From Zygnema circumcarinatum SAG 698-1b (lineage: Eukaryota > Plantae > Zygnematophyceae): a stretch of DNA of 64,000 nt. The position numbers and the translations under genes were made by a program. Of this stretch, positions 50,501 through 62,608 are shown one piece after another (position 1 is the stretch's first letter; each line of letters begins with the position of its first letter). The notes under the pieces were generated by a model. That model was not told the origin of the DNA and ran no database searches. It was given only the letters and a program-made list of their open reading frames with translations. The stretch covers positions 744,001 through 808,000 of the forward strand of contig CM074805.1 of NCBI GenBank assembly GCA_037447605.1, given 5' to 3'.

Positions 50501-52316
50501 TATCCAATGTTGATGTAGGACACCACCAGCCCTCCATCCGGCCGGAAGTTTTGAGCTTCAGGATCGGAGGGAAACAAGGTCTTCACTTCTTGGGCGAGAA
50601 GGGAGAGGTCCCCCGGTTTGTTCGTCGGGCTCACTGTTCTGTAATATACGCCTCCAGAAGACTGGCTGGTAGTGTCTGGGAGAAGGCAAGCGAGGAGTAC
50701 ATTGGAAGACAAAGACAAGATGAGAGAGAGAAAAATTTATGAAAAGGAAGAAGAGTGAAGAGAAGAAAGAAGAGAGAAAGAGTGGCTGTTGTTTGAGAAG
50801 AGGACGATGAAACATTGGTAAAAGAGAGAATCTCCTCACCAACATCATATTGAAACGGTGCGATGTAGGAAAAAGAAGGTGTTGGCCCACTCCTGCACAC
50901 AGAGCATCTCCAATAGCATTATAATGGCAAAACCTAGGCAATCTTCTAAGTTAAAAAGGCATCTCAAGAACTGTTTCCCATTTAGAAAAATGAGAAACGG
51001 AAGGGAAAATCAGAGAGGAAGAAAGAACAGAAAAAGAGAGTTCGATAGACAGAGGGTAGTACGGGAGGATGGCAGGAAAGAAAAGAAAGAAGTGGAGGGT
51101 GGGAGTAGGAAAGGAAGAAAAAGAGATGGAGAGAAAGATTGTGGGCGAGGGAGATAGCACCAACGAATGCGCGTGAATATGGTGATGAGATCAAGCGACA
51201 GAGAAGGAGGGACGGAGCAAGGTGGTGTATGAAAGAATTGGAAGTACAAAAAATCGACGAGAGAATAACAATTCAAAGGTATTATGGAGTAGACAAGCAT
51301 CGCCAAAAACATAAGGAACTTCAAATAAATCAAAAAAAGGAAAAAAGGAAAGCAGATAGTGCAAGGAGAGACGAGAAAGAGAGGGGGAGCAGAAAGAGGA
51401 GGAGTGGGGGAAGAGCGTTAGCCTGTGATTCCTGTACACTAAACAAAGAGAGGAGGGAGGTGAGAGAATGTAAGGGAGAGAGAAAGAGAGAGAGAGAGAT
51501 GACGCACAAGTAATACTGGCTGCCAACAGACGGAAAACCAAAATAGCCGTTGTTTGAGACCCCGAACGTTGTGAACTTAGTGCTGAAGAAGGACATGGGC
51601 GAGGGCAGCGCCACAGGGCTCGCGTAGCAGTCGTCGCAGAAAAACAGCTTCGCGTCTCCGGCTCCGGGGCCGTACGGAAACAGAGAAAATGAAGGAGTGG
51701 GGGCGGGCGCCGCCAACACGCGAGGGGTCACCACCTCAAGCTCCCTCCTCTTTGAAGCCTTCTCAGCCATCTCCTTCAGATAGGCGTGTGCGTATTCCTC
51801 CAGCTTCTCTGGAACGAGAAAGCCATTGATGGAGTGCACCACACCATCCTCTGCTTTCAAAACTCCGACTTCCTTAACCACCGCATCGTTGACCTTGAGC
51901 TTCCCCCCTTCAATGTAAAGCTTCGCATCGCCATCCGCGAATGTTTTCAGAGTCTCGCCGGCCTTCCAAGACTCGGAGGTGAGCTTCCCTCGGACGATGT
52001 GGTTCAGAAGCACCTCTCGGAGGAGCTTGTCATTGCTCGGCTCCTCCAGGAAGGAGAGGAGAGAGGGAGAGACCCTCTCCGTCAGGTACTCGTTAGTGGG
52101 AGCGAAGATCGTGACTCCCACAAAGATCTCGTCCGACTCGACGTCCCCGAGCAGGTCCGCCTCCTCGAGCAGGTTCATGAACATGGTGAAGTTGGACCCC
52201 AGCAGCTGCACCAGGAAGGACTCCTCCTGCTTCTGCTCGCCCGCCTGCACGCCGCTCCAGCACCCTCCCGCCATCACCAAACAAAGGGCGAATGCGATCG
52301 CCATGCGAGCCGCCAT
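44536..52316 (-). CDS. Secreted mosaic protein: signal peptide-FAS1-NIDO-PAN/apple-ricin B lectin-legume (L-type) lectin; over 920 aa, 3' end uncertain
   Basis: Ten GT-AG exons chain with matching phases: 51517-52316, 50840-50892, 50495-50675, 49921-50033, 49420-49566, 49071-49181, 48427-48690, 47529-47663, 46970-47176, 46044-46793. Motifs: TIFAPTN/NHIV/DGVVHSIN (FAS1); IAPFQYDVD..GGVYYR, NTFQA, SNVNVPGKWCFKL (NIDO); ECQRLCTADCDCVGF (PAN); SGLCLS..QQYNC..QYW (ricin); SFTTKFSF..GADGITF..FDT..IGFTASTG (L-lectin). Exons below 46044 are tentative. Confidence 0.85.
48006..48398. repeat. Intronic 11 bp minisatellite (CATGCATCCCT)n
   Basis: About 35 head-to-tail units with variants CATGCATCCCC and CATGCATCGCT, inside intron 47664-48426 of the mosaic gene. 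Confidence 0.95.
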
Positions 52317-54156
52317 TGCTGTCCCTCTCCCTCTCCTTCTCCCTCTCCCTCTCACCCCCTCTCACTCCCTCTCCCCTCTCCCTCTCCTTCTCCCTCTCCC
52401 TCTCCCCTCCTCTCTCTCCCTCTCCCCTTTCCCTCTCCTTCTGCTCCTCCCACTCCCCCTCTCCCTCTCCCTTTCTCGCTTGCTCCCTCGCCCTCTCCCT
52501 CTCCTTATACCTTTCACTCTCCCTCTCTCTCCCACTCACTCTCAAGGCAGGACCAGCGGAGTCGCCGGTCAGCAATTTTCTTTGGCATTTTTTGGGCATC
52601 TTTTTTAGACCATTTTTTGGCATTCGTTAGACGTTTCTGATTGGCTCCCACTGCTGACTTGTTCCTCCATACTCGCTGCGGATTGGCCGGAAACAACATC
52701 TTCTAAAAATGGAAATATTTGTGCACCGACATAAGGAAACGATTCAAATTCACATAGCGACGGGTCAGTTGATGATCTGTACGGACATTGCCGTACTCAT
52801 TTGCCCCGTCAGCGGCGGGAGGATTTCCGCTGCAAAACGACAAGTTACGGCTACAGTCCGTACCTCTCTGTACTTTTCTTAATACATTTTAAGATATTTT
52901 TGACAAACAATATTACTCGACGATGATTTGTGGAAAAAGTCCTGAGAGCATTTAAGAAATATTTTCTCCGACACGATTCGCCGGGCAACGGGAAATGTTT
53001 CTTCGCCGACAAAGGAAACGGCCAAATATGACACACCGCCAATGAAAGGTCGCCACGCGTCCATATTGAACCGTACGGATGACTGCGACATAAAGTCAAC
53101 AGAGTACGGTAGACCAGTGGAGAGAACAGTGAAACGAGGAAACGCCAAACAGTCACCTGGACCGGATCTGTACGAACGGTATGGACAAATGTACGAATAG
53201 ATCGAACGGATGGTACGCAAGGACAAAACAGCTACGGACAAATCGAACGGTGGGAATGTCGCTTCAAGGAGTAATGGTACAAAATGTTGACTTGTTCTGC
53301 GCTCGCATGGCTCAACTTTCCTTCAACTTGTTTCGACGGGTTGAAGTTCAACCGTGCAAACGCGCCAGCCGGTTGGATGCCGGAGGGCCGCCGCAAACCG
53401 CCACACTAGCTATCGCCACACAGAAAAGTACCACGTGGCGTCCACGTGGCACCACTGAAACATCAACGAACGAATGCTATCGTGCTCGAGGCTGCCCGCA
53501 AAAGGTTTGACTGCCCGAGGCGTTGAGAGCTAGTTTGGTAATTTGAATTTCATTAGTACCCAGTCTGAGTCTCTGCCTTCTTAGGGTGCGCGTTCATGTT
53601 CCAACTTCGTACATTTAGTTGAACGTTCCAAGAACCCCCAAATCTACAATTCGACCTTCTACGCCGCATGCAATAATGGTAAACTTTACAATGCACAGAG
53701 CCTTTGCATTGCCTTTGTTTTGGCCTAGGCGTAGCTTTCCGCTCCTACCTTTTTTCTTTGGTCCTTCGGTCCTTCGCGACCAGTTCCTCGTGGTTCCCCA
53801 TGCTGATTTTGTGCATGTACATTTGATGGCATCACCGCCATCGTGAGACCAATGCCATTTCCATTCATGGTTTTACAAACACTATGGAGCTGCATCCTTG
53901 GGTCCTGGCGACCTGCAGGGACTGAAGCCCGCCTGACAGTGACCCATGCCGATGCGGGCCATGGCCATGTCTATGGCCATGGTCCCATGTCGTCCCGGTC
54001 CCCTCCCTCTCCTCGGCGCGCGCAGGCCCCAATCGCGCGTCGCCTTTTCGCACGTGCGAGCGCGCGCGGCGAAACGACACTTTGCTTTTGACGCGAGCCA
54101 AGGTTCGCGCGCGTCACGTGACACCCACTCCGTATTGTACCGTATACTTAGGAAAG

Positions 54157-56019
54157 GGTAGTGATATTTCCACCCCTTTTTTGGATCCAAACACCCCTTC
54201 CCGGCCGGGCAGATTTCAAAAGGGATTAAAAACGGAGAATGCTTTTTTCACACCTTTTTGGAATCGATACCCACCCTCCATCGGCAGATCATATTTTTGC
54301 GAAACAAGGAAAATGATAACCCGTCACCCCATTTTGAATATCCCGCCTACCTGATTTTTTTTTCACGCGTGCGGTCAATCGCAGCCGTCGATTCCCTTGC
54401 AGATCGCAACACGGCAGATCACTATTGGATCTGCAGCCGGGCTCGGTCACAGCGATTGATACGTGCCCACGTATCCCGCCAAACTCGTCTCAAAAGTTTG
54501 CCCGTACAAATTTAGTACGGTCGCAACTTTGAGGAACCCAGAATTTCGTAACATTGAGAGCTTGGACCAATCAAAAATTTCCACGTCAAAAATGCAACAC
54601 GTGGCAGATCTTGATTGGCTGGCGCTGACAATGACGAGATCTCGGGCCGAGAGACGCGCGCACTCGCCCGCGCGATCCGGCTTTGACGGGACTCGTGGGC
54701 GCTTTCCATTCGCTGAGATCGAGCCCGGCTGCAGATCGAACGGTGATCTGCATTGGTGCGATCTGCCAGGAAATCGACAGCTTCGATTGACACACATGTG
54801 TAAAGGACGGATATCCGCGAACGATCTCGTGGCGGACGGATCTTCCGCTCCGAGCGGCCAGATATTTCTTTCCCTCAAAAAAAAAAATCAGAGAGGCGGG
54901 ATACAGTATTCAAAATGCAGTGACGGTGTATCATTTTGGGTAGTGATATTTCCACCCCTTTTTTGGATCCAAACAGCCCTTCCCGGCCGGGCAGATTTCA
55001 AAAGGGATTAAAAACGGAAAATGCTTTTTTCACACCTTTTTGGAATCGATATCCACCTTCTTCCGTCGGCTGATTTTATTTTTGCTAACCAAGGAAAATG
55101 ATACCCCGTCACCGCATTTTGAATACTGTATCCCGCCTCCCTGAATTTTTTTTTTGAGGGAAAGAAATATCTGCCTGCCCGAATCCGCTCGGAGCGGAAG
55201 ATCCGTCCGCCACGAGATCGTTCGCGGGTGTCCGTCCTTCACACGTGCGTGTCAATCGCATCTGTCAATTTCCCTCGCAGATCGCACCACTGCAGATCAC
55301 CGTTCGATCTGCAGCCGGGCTCGATCTTAGCGAATGGAAAGCGCCCACGAGTCCCGCCAAAGCCGGATTGCACGTGCGAGTGCGCGCGTCCCTCGGCCCG
55401 AGGTCTCGTGATAATTAGCTCCCAGCCAATCAACATCTGCCACGTGTCAAATTTTTGACGTGGAAATCGTTGATTGGTTCAAGATCTCAATGTACGAAAT
55501 ATTGGGTTCCTCAAAGTTGCGACCGTACCACATTTGTACGGACATTTGAGACGAGTTTGGCGGGATACGTGGGCACGTGCCATTCGCTGTGACCGAGCCC
55601 GGCTGCAGATCAAATAGTCATCTGCCGTGTTGCGATCTGCGAGGGAATCGACGGCTGCGATTGACCACACGCGTGAAAAAAATTCAGGTATCGTTTTCCT
55701 TGGTTAGCAAAAATAAAATCAGCCAACGGAAGGTGGGTATCGATTCCAAAAAGGTGTGAAAAAAGCATTTTCCGTTTTTAATCCTTTTTGAAATCTGCCC
55801 GGCCGGGAAGGGGTGTTTGGATCCAAAAAAGGGGTGGAAATATCACTACCCATCATTTTCCTTGGTTAGCAAAAATAAAATCAGCCGACGGAAGAAGGTG
55901 GGTATCGATTCCAAAAAGGTGTGAAAAAAGCATTTTCCGTTTTTAATCCCTTTTGAAATCTGCCCGGCCGGGAAGGGGTGTTTGGATCCAAAAAAGGGGT
56001 GGAAATAACACTTCCCCTT
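54157..56019. mobile_element. Foldback-like element: about 1.8 kb imperfect palindrome
   Basis: 54157-54938 is the inverted homologue of about 55095-55850. A roughly 140 bp terminal unit (GGGTAGTGATATTTCCACCCC...) occurs four times: 54157 and 54938 forward, about 55730 and 55890 reverse. No coding capacity recognised. Confidence 0.75.
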
Positions 56020-56194
56020 AGGAAAATGCTCTATTCACACACCTTTTTTGTCTACACACAGACATTTTTTCGCCGGGCAGATTCTATTTTAGAACAATGA
56101 GGATTAAATAAGAAAAATGTTTTTTGCGTTGCCGTAGGCAAAAGCTTTGTCATCGTTTTCATCCGTACGATGAGTTCGATTAAGGTGTCAAAGA

Positions 56195-57085
56195 TGAGTT
56201 TGATGAAAATGGGGTATAGTTTCCGCGAGTCTGACGTTGCCACGTCGCGCGTCTTGATTGGTTGTGTGTTTTGTTGGATCGAATGTGCAGAAAATGGGGT
56301 ATTCAGTTATTGCCACGTGTTTTTGTTTTATGTGACCTACGGATTCGATTATGTTGTCAAAGGTGAATTTAATGAAAATGGTGTATAGTTGCCGCGAGTT
56401 TGACGTTGCCACGTCGCGCGTCCTGATTGGTTGTGTGTTTTGTTGGATCGAATGTGCAGAAAATGGGGTATATCGCGTATTTATGTAGTCATTGCCACGT
56501 GTGTTTTCTACGCACGACAGCGTTCTGTTTGAATGTTTTACGGGACTTATTGTTGTAATTACGGTGTTTGTCGCAGCTTGATAAACTAAACTGAATATCC
56601 AATCAGTTATTGCCACGTATTCGCTTTTTTTTTTTTGGATTGTCGAACGGAATGTGGTATACCTCTTATCCAGTCAGAAATTGCCACGTGGGTATTGTGG
56701 TTTTTATTGGATCGTTTGTAGGAAATGGGGTATGTTTTTTATCCAATCAGGTTTTGCCACGTAGCCCTAAATTGGGAAAAAAATCAAAAAAAAACCACAC
56801 ACAAACTGCGACGACAGAATGCGGCGTCATTCTGTCGTCCAGTTTGTGTCCAATTTTTTTTTTTTTTTTTGGATTGTCGAACGGAATGTGATATACCTCT
56901 TATCCAGTCAGAAATTGCCACGTGGGTGCTGTGATGTTTTTTTGGATCGTTTGTAGGAAATGGGGTATGTTTTTTATCCAGTCAGGTGTTGCCACGTAGC
57001 CCTAAAATGGGGAAAAAACTAAAAAAAAACCACACACAAACTGAAACGACAGAATGCGGCGTCATTCTGCGTCCAGTTTGTGTGT
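56195..57085. repeat. Two tandem duplications (about 170 bp x2 and about 235 bp x2) rich in TTGCCACGT
   Basis: Units start at about 56195/56365 and about 56620/56860. Confidence 0.8.
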
Positions 57086-57198
57086 GGAAAAAAAAAAAAT
57101 TCGAAATTTTTTTTTTTTTTTAAATAGAAGCCAATTCTAGAACTGGCCGAAACATGGTTCGATCGACAAGCGCGCAGTGACTGCCACGTGGCGATGTC

Positions 57199-57244
<46 letters not shown>

Positions 57245-58244
57245 CAAAAAAAAAANNNNNNNNNNCTAGCGAAACGCTACAGCCACCGTGGCGCTCAGCG
57301 CACCACAAAGATCTTCGTACAACTGACCGTACTGATCGTCCGCCCAATCCAGGATCCTGTCGGTACGAGCGGACCGACATATAAGGACTGTGCGTCGCGC
57401 CCGTACATCGGACGCGCGCAGTTCCGTACAACGGCGTGTCGCGCGCGCGTGTCGGACATACGACATTGCGGCGCGCCACGCGTGTGGGTCGGATATCCGA
57501 CCATCGACCTATCACGGACGCAGGTTAGATATTCGAGACGGCTACTTGGCCCGCCGGATGCGGCTGACCCGCTAGCGTTCAGTAAGACTGACATTGCTCA
57601 ACAGACCGGCCACGTGGCGTCGCGCCACTGGCTAGCACGGACCGGCCACGTGGCGTCACGCCACTGGCTAGCACGGATCGCCCACGTAGCAGTTTGCTAC
57701 TGCGCAGCCCCGCTTTGAGCCCCTCACGCCGGTAGAGGGTTCAACGGGGGAAGCGTACATAGGAGGGGGAAAAAAAAACAATTTAAATATTACAACAAAC
57801 CAAAAAAAAACGGATACGAAAAATCACACACGCAAATTCTGCCGCACACAAAAACACTCGCAGAGAAAAAAAAAAAAACAATGTAATTATTACAACATTA
57901 GGCCTTCTGTTGTAATATTATTTTGTTTTTTTTTTTTTTCTATTTTCAGATAAAAGAATGCGCACAGTCAGACAAACATACAGACATAGCCACACACACG
58001 CCGATACTCACATAATGGAAAAAAACAAAAACATTATTAAAGAAGAAAAAGAAAAGGAAAAAAAAAAGGTAAAAGCTCTCTCTCTCTCTTTCTTTTCTTC
58101 CTCCTGTCTTCTACGATTCTTCCTACCGGTTTACCTCTACAACTCTTCTGTCTTTCTGAAAACTATAAAGGTGGGAGGAATGAGAAATTGAAGTACGAAC
58201 CTGTTTTGATGCGGATTTCCAAGTTTGACGATTTCCGCTCTTTT

Positions 58245-58520
58245 CGATCTTCGTTATCTCCAGGACTGGGTCCTTCAGAAATCAAAGTACGGTTATTTGT
58301 CATTTTACATATGAAAATAAACATAGATACGAACCTTTTCGGTGTTTCTGATTTTCGTTATCTCCAGGACTGGGTCCTTCAGAAATCAAATTAGGGTTAT
58401 TTGTCTTTTTACATATGAAAATAAACATAGATACGAACCTTATCGGTGTTTCGGAATTTCGTTATCTCCAGGACTGGGTCCTTCAGAAATCAAAGTATGG
58501 TTATTTGTCATTTTACATAT
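58245..58520. repeat. About 106 bp tandem repeat, at least 2.5 copies, truncated by a gap
   Basis: TTCGTTATCTCCAGGACTGGGTCCTTCAGAAATCAAA...TTTTACATATGAAAATAAACATAGATACGAACC recurs three times. Confidence 0.85.
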
Positions 58521-58870
58521 NNNNNNNNNNTGACTTCTGATTGACTGACAGACAGACAGACAGACTGACAGACTGACTGACTGACATGTTAGTTAGTAGC
58601 CTCCATCCTTCCTCAACACCCTCTTCAACTTCTTCCTTCGCCCTTCCACCATTCTCCCTCTCACCACACTCCATGTTCCTTCCTCCGCCTTCCTCCTCAA
58701 CACCCTCCTTCCTCCTCCTCCTTCCTCAACACCCTCTCGTTTCTCTTCCTTCGCTCTTCCACCATTGTCCCTTTCACCACACTCCATGTTCCTTCTCCCT
58801 CCTTCCTCCTTCCTCCTCCTCCTCCACCAATCATTATTTTTCGGTTTTTCGCATTTCTCTGGTAGGAAGA

Positions 58871-61800
58871 TGTTGTTGCAGCGCCCTCCCTTGGTGGGGC
58901 TGCCACTTCTCCTCTAGCACTTGTAGAACTCGACATCTTCAATGAATTGATCAATCACACAAAGCACACTAAATGCAAGAGAACAACTCAGCGGAAATAT
59001 GAAAATGTAAGGAGAAAGCCACCAGCCTAAAAATCCTTAAGATAAAGTTGAAATACAACTTGACAACACTAGAGCCAAGCTTCAAGCACCTCCACTCAAG
59101 CTACGTGAATAAACCACCCACTACAAGCTGAACTCTTCCCACTATCTCCTTGGCCCTAAGCAAGATAGCCTCACCCTGATGTGAGTCACGAGAAGGTTAA
59201 CTTCTACCAAACAATCTAACCCTTAAATACAATATGGCGCCATTAGTGACATTGTCACGTCACGGCCGCACATGCTACGCCTTGCAAGACCCTTATCCCG
59301 ATCCTAATCTCGCGCCGTCGGATCCTCGTAGGCTTGCACGGATCCAGCACATCATTGCCGTCAGATCCGCCTCAGCCTTATCTCCATCCGAGTCCTCCAC
59401 CGTAGGATCTGACTCCTCATTACTTGGCGGCATGTGGGACCCCGTAAGCCTACGAGCGCCACCGACCTAGGCCGTACAGGCCTTCCCTTTAACCCGACAC
59501 GTGGCGCCTTCCGATTCGCCACTGTCCTCCAAATGAATCATTGCTGACTTCGCACTTCGTCAATTCTGCTCCGCGCGCTGATTCGCGCCTCGTCACGTCC
59601 CGATTTGTCGCGTCGTGCCACGTCACATCTGACTCCGCCACGCCGCGCCTCGCCACCGACCAATGTCCGTACATTCGAGGTCCTGGCCTTACAAATCGTA
59701 CCACTGATTGGCTCCACCGACATTCTGATGCCTTGCCTTGCCAAATCAGACTCTGCGCGCTACACGCACACCCCTTAAAGACTTGTACGGTCGCCTAGAC
59801 GCCCCTCCGTACAATGTGGACAACATGAGCACACCCCTCCTTAGAACTTAGTACCAACAACTTAGTGTACAACTAGTTCCTAACTACTTTACACTAACAA
59901 TCCCCCTCTTGGTACTTAGTTCCCCATGGGCCCTAGTTGCATGAGACCACTACAATTCCCTAGTGTCCCACAACTACATGTATGCTCCCTTGCCCTAACA
60001 AGCTGCCCCCTCTTGATCTCAAGGCCTGGGAGAGCATCTTCCCCTTCTTGATCTCCCCTTGGTCGCCTTTCACACTCGATCCTGGGCGCTTCCGCTGAAC
60101 TCCTCATAGGCTCAGCAACCGGGTATTCCTTTGTAGCCGCAACCTTGTCCTCAGGCTGCTCAACTACCCTGGGTTGAAAGGACCCCTCCACTTCAACTCC
60201 ATCCTTGTTTGGATGCAACAAGCCCGTGTTTCCGGCCTCCTTGGAGCTCACTAACTCTGAGTGATCCTGGAATTCGCACACATTCTCACCACCACTAATG
60301 TCCACCCTTTCGGTGATGGGTCTTTCAACCCCCTTAGCCTGGCTATCTGAAATGTCGTTGGCGAAATAATCCCCTGCTCCCCTGAGCCTCAATGCTTGCT
60401 CTAGCATCCCCTTTCCTCCTCCAAGCTGGACTGGATCTATCTTATGGCGAATGGGTTCCTCTACAGGGTCCTTGGCGGGATTGCTCAGCCCTTGAGCCTC
60501 CTTCCACTCTAGAAAGTAAAGCCCACCTTGCTGGATTCCCTTGCACAAGACTTGCCTTGTCTCCTTGTGAATGACCTCACAACTACCCTTCTCAAACCAT
60601 ACTCCATTGTCCTTCTCACACAGCTGACTAACAGAGAGGAAACTAACCTGCAGTCGAGTATGCTACGTCACCAACATGGACAACCCTCAAGCTTTCCTTC
60701 CCCGACACCTCCAACTCTGCCGTCTGCGTCGTCACCAGACTCCACTCCAGCGCCAAGAGACTTGTTGGACTTCCTTTGGAAGCCCCTCCCTGCAAGAGCG
60801 GGTAGTCGTCCACCACAGTATGTGCCTTGAAGCACGGAATCAATCACCCAAGGTTTAGCTGAATTTTCAACTCTAACACATCCGACAAACTCATCATTAG
60901 GTTCCCAATCCGAGAACATCAAGTTCGTCTCGTGAATCCTCTTGCGTTCATCTCTGGGATACCTGCCATCACCCCTCCTCCCTTCTTGCTCGTTTAGAGC
61001 ATCTGCATTCGAGGATGAACCGCCATTCTGAACATTGGGGCAGTTCCTCTTGAAGTGACCGGTCTTCCCACAAGAGTAGCAAGTCCTCTGAGTCTTCAGC
61101 TCTCCACCATCTTTGGCTGCGTTTGGTCCCTTGCCGTTCCTGTATGGGCGAGCAGTTGCAGCATACAGTTTCTCTGAACTTGACCTGTACTGCTTCTTGT
61201 CCTGAAGACCATCCTCCTCTACCACTCTTCTCTTAACCTGCTCAAAGGTCATCTTAGTCGTAGAAAGCTGAGTTCGTAGAGCAGTGCAAGCAGGGTCAAA
61301 TCTATCCGGCAAGCCTCCAAGGAATAGACTAATCTTGTGATCCAAGTGAAGGGGCTGCTTCATCCCATCAAACTTTTGCATCAGATTATCAAACTTGATC
61401 ACATAGTCTTTAAGCTCCTCCCCTGAATCCAAACTGAGTTTTCCTAGCTCTGTGTACAGATAAACTATAGTGGCATTATCTACCACATCATAAATCTTCT
61501 CTAGAGTATCCCACATCTCCCGAGCTGTCTTTAACTCTGAAATCAGGTCTGTAGGCTCCTCACTAACGCCAGCACAAAGCAGGGTCCTAACCTTGCAATC
61601 CTTAACCCTCCACTTCTCAAACTCAAGTGGATTAATCTCTGAATCGGGGGCCACAATGGAGCCATTCACATACCCCAACAGCCGCTTGTTCTCCAGCACT
61701 GTGAGCATGCGAAACTTCCACCGCTTGTAGTTCTTCCCATCGAAAGTTGGAATGGTAAACTTCACGTCTTCTTCGCCTTCGGCTCTGATACCACTTGTTG

Positions 61801-62608
61801 TTGCAGCGCCCTCCCTTGGTGGGGCTGCCACTTCTCCTCTAGCACTTGTAGAACTCGACATCTTCAATGAATTGCTCAATCACACAAAGCACACTAAATG
61901 CAAGAGAACAACTCAGCGGAAATATGAAAATGTAAGGAGAAAGCCACCAGCCTAAAACTCCTTAAGATAAAGATGAAATACAACTTGACAACACTAGAGC
62001 CAAGCTTCAAGCACCTCCACTCAAGCTACGTGAATAAACCACCCACTACAAGCTGAACTCTTCCCACTATCTCCTTGGCCCTAAGCAAGATAGCCTCACC
62101 CTGATGTGAGTCACGAGAAGGTTAACTTCTACCAAACAATCTAACCCTTAAATACAATATGGCGCCAATAGTGACATTGTCACGTCACGGCCGCACATGC
62201 TACGCCTTGCAAGACCCTTATCCCGATCCTAATCTCGCGCCGTCGGATCCTCGTAGGCTTGCACGGATCCAGCACATTATTGCCGTCAGATCCGCCTCAG
62301 CCTTATCTCCATCCGAGTCCTCCACCGTAGGATCTGACTCCTCATTACTTGGCGGCATGTGGGACCCCGTAAGCCTACGAGCGCCACCGACCTAGGCCGT
62401 ACAGGCCTTCCCTTTAACCCGACACGTGGCGCCTTCCGATTCGCCACTGTCCTCCAAATGAATCATTGCTGACTTCGCACTTCGTCAATTCTGCTCCGCG
62501 CGCTGATTCGCGCCTCGTCACGTCCCGATTTGTCGCGTCGCGCCACGTCACATCTGACTCCGCCACGCCGCGCCTCGCCACCGACCAATGTCCGTACATT
62601 CGAGGTCC
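58871..62608 (-). mobile_element. Young, internally deleted Ty1/Copia LTR retrotransposon
   Basis: 3' LTR 58871-59899 (TG..CA); 5' LTR 61796 to beyond 62608 (gap). About 6 substitutions seen in about 810 aligned bp. PBS TGGTATCAGAGCC at 61781-61793 and PPT at 59901-59910. Internal region is only 1.9 kb. Confidence 0.95.
60668..61861 (-). CDS. Copia Gag with zinc knuckle, frameshifted in the protease
   Basis: IPTFDGKNYKRWKFRM, KTAREMWDTLEKIY, FLGGLPDRF, CYSCGKTGHFKRNC, then WVIDS followed by a 1 nt shift into GASRHI. Confidence 0.9.
   Translation of the reverse strand: MSSSTSARGEVAAPPREGAATTSGIRAEGEEDVKFTIPTFDGKNYKRWKFRMLTVLENKRLLGYVNGSIVAPDSEINPLEFEKWRVKDCKVRTLLCAGVSEEPTDLISELKTAREMWDTLEKIYDVVDNATIVYLYTELGKLSLDSGEELKDYVIKFDNLMQKFDGMKQPLHLDHKISLFLGGLPDRFDPACTALRTQLSTTKMTFEQVKRRVVEEDGLQDKKQYRSSSEKLYAATARPYRNGKGPNAAKDGGELKTQRTCYSCGKTGHFKRNCPNVQNGGSSSNADALNEQEGRRGDGRYPRDERKRIHETNLMFSDWEPNDEFVGCVRVENSAKPWVIDSVLQGTYCGGRLPALAGRGFQRKSNKSLGAGVESGDDADGRVGGVGEGKLEGCPCW

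Noticed and set aside
51786-52640. Long plus-strand ORFs (284 aa and 209 aa)
   Set aside because: Antisense shadows of the FAS1 exon plus a CT-rich low-complexity leader.
54082-55759. ORFs in the palindrome as a transposase
   Set aside because: No DDE or other motifs; mirrored ORFs simply reflect the inverted repeat.
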